Shown here: piece by piece, positions 57,773-64,000 of the stretch
How the letters are laid out: each line of letters starts with the position of its first letter
Numbering within the stretch: position 1 is the first letter of the stretch
NCBI GenBank assembly: GCA_002010065.2
Contig: MTMD02000006.1
Span: forward strand, 15,133-79,132
Direction of reading: 5' to 3'
Length of the DNA: 64,000 nucleotides
Source: Candidatus Pyrohabitans jungbluthii
GTDB taxonomy: Archaea; Hydrothermarchaeota; Hydrothermarchaeia; Hydrothermarchaeales; BMS3B
The notes under the pieces: model-generated
Seen by the model: the letters and a program-made list of their open reading frames with translations, nothing else
The model's database searches: none
What the model was told of the DNA's origin: nothing
Position numbers and translations under genes: made by a program

Positions 57773-58075
57773 TTTTCCCCCACAATCTTTAGATTTCTTC
57801 AATTCATCAAGCTTTCTGGCGAGTCTTTTATATTTCCTTTCTATTGGCCATAAAATCCCAAAAGCTATAAACAAAGAATATATCGTAATTATCTTAAAAT
57901 AATCAAAAAATGTATTTTCCTTAACTAATTTTGGAAAATTAACCATAAGGCCAACGAGTGCTGTAAGAATTAAACCTAAAAAGCCACTCATAGTCAACTT
58001 TTCGATTTCCATAATTGCCCTTATCTCTTCCTCGCCCATGTCTTCCTCTTTTCTCCCAAATTTCCAGAAGCGCAT
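57764..58075 (-). CDS. AT-rich two-TM membrane protein
   Basis: Two TM helices, GGAGG RBS. Confidence 0.55.
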   Translation of the reverse strand: MRFWKFGRKEEDMGEEEIRAIMEIEKLTMSGFLGLILTALVGLMVNFPKLVKENTFFDYFKIITIYSLFIAFGILWPIERKYKRLARKLDELKKSKDCGGKSS

Positions 58076-58169
58076 AATTACCCCTCCTTCATTAAGGCGC
58101 TGAGAAAATCCTTCTTTAAAAACCTTTCGCAGGGCTAAGATTTATTATGAATCGGTATAAGTAAACACT

Positions 58170-58631
58170 ATGAGATTTATCCATACCCTCATCCTAGTGG
58201 CTATTGCATTTATCGCCGGGGTTATCGTTGGCGCCCTGGGCGTGCTCTCTCTGTTTGATGTAGGTTCAAGTACTCAGGCCTCCCAAGTCGCCACCCTGGA
58301 TAATTATGAATATGTAGGCACCGTGACCAGAATAATAGACGGCGATACCATTGAAGTGGACGGCATCCGAGTAAGGCTTGTGGGCATCGATACCCCAGAA
58401 AGAGGCGAGCCTGGCTTCAAAGAAGCAACAGAGTTCACAGCCTCTTTGTGTTCTGTTGGGAGCACTGCAGGTCTTGACATCGACGATCTGGAGCCAAAAG
58501 ATAAGTATGGCAGGACTCTGGCGGTGGTCTACTGCAACGGCGTGAACGTGAATGCGGAGCTGCTGAGACAGGGCTATGCTGAGGTCCTTTATATCCCACC
58601 GTCGGAGTTTGATCCATATAGCTGGCTGTAG
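58170..58631 (+). CDS. Membrane-anchored thermonuclease (SNase family)
   Basis: N-terminal TM, IIDGDT, VRLVGIDTPE, DKYGRTLA, N.ELLRQGYA. Confidence 0.92.
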   Translation: MRFIHTLILVAIAFIAGVIVGALGVLSLFDVGSSTQASQVATLDNYEYVGTVTRIIDGDTIEVDGIRVRLVGIDTPERGEPGFKEATEFTASLCSVGSTAGLDIDDLEPKDKYGRTLAVVYCNGVNVNAELLRQGYAEVLYIPPSEFDPYSWL

Positions 58632-59831
58632 TTACTCAAGCTTCTCAAGCAGCTCAAGCAACTTCTTTTCGTCTTTCCTTCCAGAAAGCTCCATGGCGAT
58701 AAGTTCCTTTACTAATTCTTTCAGCGGGGCTTGGCTTGGCCTAAGCTTCATGCAGTTATAACAGGTGTCCATGTGCGCGGGATTCATGGCGCCGCATGCC
58801 ACGCACTGCCAGGGCTTGTTTTCTTCCTTGGCTTTTCTATCCCTCTTCAGGTTGTAGAACTCAAGGAGCCGGTCGTCAACATCGCGCCCAGAGAGGTGCA
58901 CATAGACGGCGGGCATCCTTGACCCCTGCACCCAGCCGAAGAACTCGCACATCTGCGCTTCCGTCATCACGCTTGCATAGATCGTCGCCCTGGTGTGCCT
59001 GAAGAGGTAAGGGTATATGCGCTTCTTGATCCCAGCTCTTTTCTTTACGGTCCTGAGTATCTTCTGCAGACCATCGCGCTTCAGATAGCCAAGTCCGCGG
59101 TTGTAGGGCCAGAAGGGGAATTCAGGGTCTGGCGGTAGTAGCCTTTTCCACCTGATGAGATATGGCGTCGAGAAGATTGCACGCACTCTCCTCATTCCAG
59201 TCTTCCCGCGCAGTGTAATTATCGCGGTCGGCACCTCTGTTTCATAATCTATAACCACATCCTTTACGCGAAGCCTCAGCAACTCAGAAGGACGGGGCCC
59301 TATGTCGTACATCAGGGCGATCAGTGCTCTGTCGCGGTCATTGTTGCAGGCGTTTATAAGAGCGAGCACTTCTTGCTCAGTCAGCAGGTCCGTCGGGATG
59401 ATCCTGTTGTTGAGCTTAATTGTTGTCTTGAGCCACTTTACTTCCTCGGGATATTCTTCTCCCTCCATCCCCCTGAGCCACTGATAGAATTTTTTCAGGA
59501 CGGATTTGAAGGTCGCTCTTGTCCACTCCTCCCATCCCTCCCGTCTGAGCCTGCCCATCATCACCTCGATGTCGCGCTTTGTGGCAGCCTCGAACTCCTT
59601 ACCGAGCCACTCTGAAGCCTTGGTGAGGTACTGGATGTACTTCGTGAGCCTGGCATAGCCTATCTCGTGTGCGGTCATTACATCGATGAATTCCTGAATG
59701 GTCTTGCGATTCGCTTCTATCACGCGAGGGTCCGTTTTCAGAAGTTCGCAGGCTCGCTCGAATTTCTGTTTGTCCTGGGAGACATCGAGAACTCTGGGCG
59801 CTTCGATCACTACTGCTGCAGCGTCCCCCAT
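58632..59831 (-). CDS. int: Tyrosine integrase with C-terminal zinc ribbon (SNJ2-like)
   Basis: GPRPSE (R), GKTG (K), YLFRH, FFGW, AVY (Y), CVACG...CYNC; abuts the att site. Confidence 0.92.
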   Translation of the reverse strand: MGDAAAVVIEAPRVLDVSQDKQKFERACELLKTDPRVIEANRKTIQEFIDVMTAHEIGYARLTKYIQYLTKASEWLGKEFEAATKRDIEVMMGRLRREGWEEWTRATFKSVLKKFYQWLRGMEGEEYPEEVKWLKTTIKLNNRIIPTDLLTEQEVLALINACNNDRDRALIALMYDIGPRPSELLRLRVKDVVIDYETEVPTAIITLRGKTGMRRVRAIFSTPYLIRWKRLLPPDPEFPFWPYNRGLGYLKRDGLQKILRTVKKRAGIKKRIYPYLFRHTRATIYASVMTEAQMCEFFGWVQGSRMPAVYVHLSGRDVDDRLLEFYNLKRDRKAKEENKPWQCVACGAMNPAHMDTCYNCMKLRPSQAPLKELVKELIAMELSGRKDEKKLLELLEKLE

Positions 59832-59934
59832 GCCCCTCAAGTATTACCACCCCACTTTAAGCTGATACCGCGAGTGCACGGTAAAAGTGAATTCTTCCAA
59901 AAATGCTTGTAAAGAAGTAATGGAAGTGGGCTAT

Positions 59935-59954
59935 AGGGCCACGGCCGAGATTTG
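59935..59954. repeat. Provirus attachment site within tRNA-His
   Basis: Identical to 21171-21190. Confidence 0.95.
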
Positions 59955-60011
59955 AACTCGGGCTAAGGGATCCACAGTCCCTTGTGCTAACCAGGCTACA
60001 CTACCGTGGCC
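59937..60011 (-). tRNA. tRNA-His (GTG)
   Basis: G-1 GCCACGG...CCGTGGC C acceptor stem, AGGGA-CTGTGGA-TCCCT anticodon arm, GTTCAAATC T-loop, no encoded CCA. Confidence 0.95.
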
Positions 60012-60083
60012 ATGGTGCTCAGGATAGATTACTCTGGTAACAATGGGAAGCATATTTAAATGGAGAGAGGGAAGTAACATACG

Positions 60084-60740
60084 ATGCTCCTTATAGCTTT
60101 CGAGGGCATAGACGGCTCCGGCAAGGGGACGCAGGCGAAGCTTCTCGCACGGTGGATACGGGAGAAGGGATATGACGTCTTCCTTACAAAGGAGCCCACC
60201 GAAGGGGCGATAGGGAAGCTTCTCCGCGAAAGTTTGCGCACCTCCTGCTTTGACGCTCGCACAGAGGCGCTGCTCTTCGCCGCTGACAGAAGTGAGCATC
60301 TGCGCGAGATAATGAAAAAGCTCCACGAGGGCAAGGTGGTTATTACAGAGCGCTACCTGTACTCCTCCCTGGCTTACCAGTCCGCTTCCGGGCTTGAGCT
60401 TACTTGGCTGAGGGATATCAACGCTTTTGCCCCTGAGGCTGATCTGGTAATCTACCTCGACGTCTCGCCAGAGGTGGCACTGGAAAGGATATCCTCCCGC
60501 AATTCGCTTCGCGCAAGCGTGCGCGAGAGGGAGCACTTTGAGAGGAAGGAGTTTCTTGAAAAAGTTCGAGAGGTTTACTTAGCCTTGGCAAAGGATTCAG
60601 AAAATTTTGAGGTGGTCGACGCCTCAGGCACCATTAATGAGGTTCAGAGTGCAATAAGGCGCAGGGTTGGCAGGCGCTTAGCAGCTTTTGAGGAGGAGAA
60701 GAAGCACAGCGAGCAGCGTGCCTTGGAAGATTTTACATAG
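60084..60740 (+). CDS. tmk: Thymidylate kinase
   Basis: FEGIDGSGKGTQ, LLFAADR, ERYLYSSLAYQ. Confidence 0.95.
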   Translation: MLLIAFEGIDGSGKGTQAKLLARWIREKGYDVFLTKEPTEGAIGKLLRESLRTSCFDARTEALLFAADRSEHLREIMKKLHEGKVVITERYLYSSLAYQSASGLELTWLRDINAFAPEADLVIYLDVSPEVALERISSRNSLRASVREREHFERKEFLEKVREVYLALAKDSENFEVVDASGTINEVQSAIRRRVGRRLAAFEEEKKHSEQRALEDFT

Positions 60741-60748
60741 GTGAGAGC

Positions 60749-61384
60749 ATGAAGGAGCTTCTTGCTGCGATTTGGAAGCTGAATTTCTTGGGAGAGAAGG
60801 CAACCCCAGAGAGAATAATTCGGGAAATGAGATGCAGAGAAAGAAATCTAAGAAAGAGGCTTGGGGAGCTTTTAGAAGATGGACTGCTAGAAAAGGAGGG
60901 CAAGGCTTACAGGCTCACCGACATGGGAAGGAAGAAGCTTAGCATAGTAGCGGCAGGTGGCGTCTTCGACATCCTGCACCCAGGACATGTGTTTTTCCTG
61001 GAAAAAGCGAAGGAGAAGGGCGACATGCTAGTGGTGATAGTGGCGAGGGACTCGACAGTTACGAGGCGAAAGCGCATCCCTATTGTGCCCGAGGAGCAGC
61101 GCCTTGAGATGGTTAAGGCTCTTAAACCTGTGGATGTGGCTGTTCTTGGAGAGGTGGGTGATATCTACGCAACAGTGGAGAAGATTAAGCCGGATATCAT
61201 CGCCATCGGTCCGAATCAAACTCATCGCGAGGATGAGATCAAGGAGGAGCTGAAAAGGCGCAGCCTTCGCTGTGAAGTGGTAAGGATTCGCGAGTATAGG
61301 GAGTGTAAGCTTCCTTCAACGAGGAGCATACTCCAGCGCATAATAGAACTCAACTTTCCTGACCAGAGGCTGGAGAAAAAGTAA
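60749..61384 (+). CDS. ribL: FAD synthase RibL with N-terminal wHTH
   Basis: GGVFDILHPGH, VIVARD, PEEQR; near ribH. Confidence 0.8.
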   Translation: MKELLAAIWKLNFLGEKATPERIIREMRCRERNLRKRLGELLEDGLLEKEGKAYRLTDMGRKKLSIVAAGGVFDILHPGHVFFLEKAKEKGDMLVVIVARDSTVTRRKRIPIVPEEQRLEMVKALKPVDVAVLGEVGDIYATVEKIKPDIIAIGPNQTHREDEIKEELKRRSLRCEVVRIREYRECKLPSTRSILQRIIELNFPDQRLEKK

Positions 61385-61400
61385 TACAGGAGAAGAAGGG

Positions 61401-61814
61401 CTACTCCTCTATCTCCTTCAACCTGCGATACATCTTGACCACAGCTTCAACGGCGCGCTTCGCGTACTTCACCCGCTGATGCGCCTCAAGGCGGCTCATG
61501 CCTGGACCAGAGATGCCGAGGGCGACTGGTTTGTCATACTCAAGAGCGAGGTCAGCTATTTTGCGCGAGGCGTGCTGCATCACTATCTCGTCGTGCTCCG
61601 TCTGACCCTCAATAACCGCGCCCAACGTTACGACGCCATCAATGTCCTTGCGCTCCAGGAGTTTCTTGACCGCTAGGGGCATGTCGAATACACCCGGAAC
61701 CTTGACCACCTTCGTTACCTCAGCGCCCAGAAAGTGGGCATGCTCCTTTGCAAGCTCCACCATCGCATAGGTTATGTCGTAATTAAACTCTGCCGCTACT
61801 ATCGCAAGTTTCAT
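61401..61814 (-). CDS. ribH: 6,7-dimethyl-8-ribityllumazine synthase
   Basis: AEFN, VPGVFDMP, LGAVIEGQTEHD. Confidence 0.93.
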   Translation of the reverse strand: MKLAIVAAEFNYDITYAMVELAKEHAHFLGAEVTKVVKVPGVFDMPLAVKKLLERKDIDGVVTLGAVIEGQTEHDEIVMQHASRKIADLALEYDKPVALGISGPGMSRLEAHQRVKYAKRAVEAVVKMYRRLKEIEE

Positions 61815-62202
61815 CCTATCATCTCCTCTCCTTTCCTTTCTTTTCTCATTTATATACTTTCTTGAGTAGCTACTCATTTATGAGTTACCCTCTAATTTGG
61901 CTTAATAGAAATCTCATAAGAACTTTGCCAACCTTCCTGAATAAGCTTGCGGACAGAAACTTAACATATTTGATAGCCCATAGCGATGATGCGAGTCAGC
62001 CTCATACTTGGCATACTCTGGGCTCGATGGCTATAGGAGACGAGAGCACCACCCCCAACTTTGAAGAAATAGGTTATAACCTTTATTATAAATCTGGTTT
62101 CGACTTATGAAAAATAAATAATAAATAGACCGTTCAAACCACATAAGAACTCAGTATTCCTGTTTAGAAAAGCACATCAAAATACAGGGGAGTGTTGAGG
62201 GG

Positions 62203-64000
62203 ATGAAGGATAAACTTGCATTTAAGATAATATTGTTGGTTCTGTTTTCGGCACTGGTACCGCTTAGCTTTGTCACATACATTTCCTCCCAGAAGGCAGG
62301 AGATACTCTTAAGGCGCAGGGTATGGAGCAGCTAAAAACAAATGTTGAAGGTGCAGCCCTGCGTACAGTTGACCACTCCAAGAGTTTTGAAAATGAAATA
62401 CGGCTAATCAAGAAGCACCCTGCAGTGCAGAGATTGATAAGAGAGAGGTACGAGAACAAAGCCTTGGACGAAGAGGTTAAGAAGTATGAAAAGGGTGCCG
62501 CTTACCCACAGCTACTTAGAGATTCTGAAACCTACCAGGAAGTTCTGAACTATTTTATGGAGATCGCCAACGAGAGGCCCAATATAGATATGATAAGAAT
62601 TTTCTGGAAGGATGGAAATGTGCTTGTGGGCGTCAAACTTGGTAAGGAGGACGTTAAAGATTACAAAGGCGACAAGGGATGGTTCGACGACATCATCCGC
62701 AAGAAGGTGGTTAGCGAGGATGAGGTTCACGTCTCTGCCATAAGCATTGCCAGGGCCACAGGCACGCCTGCGATAAGGTACTCCATGCCCTTTGATATCG
62801 CTGGGGAGAGGGTGGGCCTTATCATCATCAACTACAAGGCGGACGAAATCACAGAGCCTATTAAAAACCTCAAGGTGGGGAAGGAAGGCTACGGCATGCT
62901 TATCGACCCCAACTACAGAAACGCTGAGGGTAAGGTTCTCGGCGCCCTCTTCGTTGCAAATGGCAGAAATCCTGACCTAGAGTTTGACGAGTCCAGTGCG
63001 GGGAATCTGATAATTAACGCTGAAGACTTAACTGGTGACGAAGGCACACTCACCTACGTGGATGATGGCAGGGAGTGGACCGCCTACTACAAGAAGGTGG
63101 AGCTGGCAAACGGCAGGGAGTACTATGCTCTCGCAGCTATTCCGTCAAGCGAGCTTACAGCAGTCTCTAGGGATATTAGAAGGAACAGCATAATGATTGC
63201 TGCGATTGCAGGTATTCTGGTAGCGGCTCTCGGGCTGGTGATGTCCCGCAGGATTACAAAGCCCATAGATAGGCTGGTGGAAGATGCCAAGGCAATTGCT
63301 GGCGGCGATCTGGACCGCGAGATTAAGGTTTCAGACTCCAACGACGAGGTAGGCGTTTTAACTAGGGCGATCCAGGAAATGAAGAACAATGTGGTCAATG
63401 CTCTCAAGAAGTCAGATTCGGTGATAAAGGGTATCCCGGACCCGCTGGTAACAGTGGACAGGGACATGAGAGTTACCTACTTCAACAGTGCTGCCGAGGA
63501 GATCACTGGCTACTCTGCCTCAGAGGCGCATGAGACACGTTTCAGAGAAATATTCCAGGACGAGGTTGAGGCAATTGTCCGCGAGGCTATCATGACAAAA
63601 GATATCGTAAGGGGCAGAGAGGCGAGTTTTTCCGGCGTGAATGGCGAGGAGATTCCTGTGCTGGTGAATGCAGCACCTCTCTTTGACGCCAGCGGTGACG
63701 TCTACGGCGGGCTGGTAATCTTAAAAGACATGAGAGAATTGAAGGAGAGGGAGCGCCAGATTATTGAAGCTAAGGAGTACCTTGAGTCGCAGGTGGAGAG
63801 ACTCTTGCCTGTAGTGAAGGCAGTTGCAGAGGGAGACCTGACCAAGGGTATAACCGCCGATAGGAGAGATGCCTTTGGCACCTTAATAGAGACATTCAAC
63901 AAGACCCGAGAGAACCTGGCAAAACTGGTAACAAAAGTTAAGCTGGCATCTGAGCGAGTTGCTGCTACTGCAGAGGAGCAGGCGGCTTCGTCGGAGCAGT
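62203..64000 (+). CDS. Methyl-accepting chemotaxis protein (TM, Cache, TM, HAMP, PAS, HAMP; runs off window)
   Basis: Hand translation MKDKLAFKIILLV..., ITKPI.RL....IAGGDL...DEVG.L, FNSAAEEITGY, AEEQAASSEQ. Confidence 0.88.
   Translation, partial: MKDKLAFKIILLVLFSALVPLSFVTYISSQKAGDTLKAQGMEQLKTNVEGAALRTVDHSKSFENEIRLIKKHPAVQRLIRERYENKALDEEVKKYEKGAAYPQLLRDSETYQEVLNYFMEIANERPNIDMIRIFWKDGNVLVGVKLGKEDVKDYKGDKGWFDDIIRKKVVSEDEVHVSAISIARATGTPAIRYSMPFDIAGERVGLIIINYKADEITEPIKNLKVGKEGYGMLIDPNYRNAEGKVLGALFVANGRNPDLEFDESSAGNLIINAEDLTGDEGTLTYVDDGREWTAYYKKVELANGREYYALAAIPSSELTAVSRDIRRNSIMIAAIAGILVAALGLVMSRRITKPIDRLVEDAKAIAGGDLDREIKVSDSNDEVGVLTRAIQEMKNNVVNALKKSDSVIKGIPDPLVTVDRDMRVTYFNSAAEEITGYSASEAHETRFREIFQDEVEAIVREAIMTKDIVRGREASFSGVNGEEIPVLVNAAPLFDASGDVYGGLVILKDMRELKERERQIIEAKEYLESQVERLLPVVKAVAEGDLTKGITADRRDAFGTLIETFNKTRENLAKLVTKVKLASERVAATAEEQAASSEQ

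Larger units (their letters stand above)
21171..59954. mobile_element. Integrated provirus, ~38.8 kb, HK97-fold head and contractile tail (archaeal Caudoviricetes, myovirus-like)
   Basis: 20-bp att repeats, tyrosine integrase beside the tRNA, terminase, portal, MCP, sheath, tube, tape measure and baseplate genes. Confidence 0.95.

Noticed and set aside
54061-58631. Diversity-generating retroelement or invertible tail-fibre cassette
   Set aside because: No reverse transcriptase, TR/VR pair or invertase recognised
59931-60536. 201-aa minus-strand ORF
   Set aside because: Shadow of tmk and overlaps tRNA-His
61862-62110. 82-aa ORF between ribH and the chemoreceptor gene
   Set aside because: No motif or clear RBS; cannot be supported

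Overview
Archaeal chromosome window. Evidence: archaellum FlaH/FlaI genes, archaeal-type NadM, RibL and DUF62 genes, TATA/BRE promoters and GGAGGTGA ribosome-binding sites. The gene mix suggests a motile euryarchaeote-like thermophile, but the lineage cannot be fixed from this window. Host genes occupy about 1-21.1 kb and 59.9-64 kb. Between them is an apparently complete ~38.8 kb provirus of a contractile-tailed (myovirus-like) archaeal virus, integrated at the 3' end of tRNA-His and bounded by a 20-bp direct repeat (21171-21190 and 59935-59954). The most striking unannotated signal is a virus-specific promoter motif, CTGACTT(T)xx followed by a TATA box. It occurs nine times, only in front of virion genes, in place of the normal purine-rich BRE, and one copy drives a scaffold gene nested inside the protease gene. 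Other findings: a MuF head protein with a probable C-terminal RNase toxin and a coupled immunity ORF; a -1 frameshift in the tail chaperone; a GGGTA(A/T)TACCC repeat cluster next to an XPB-like helicase (candidate origin); a divergent RHH switch with 11-bp phased operators; and an AT-rich antisense cassette inside the tail operon. All family calls come from reading motifs by eye; no database searches were run.
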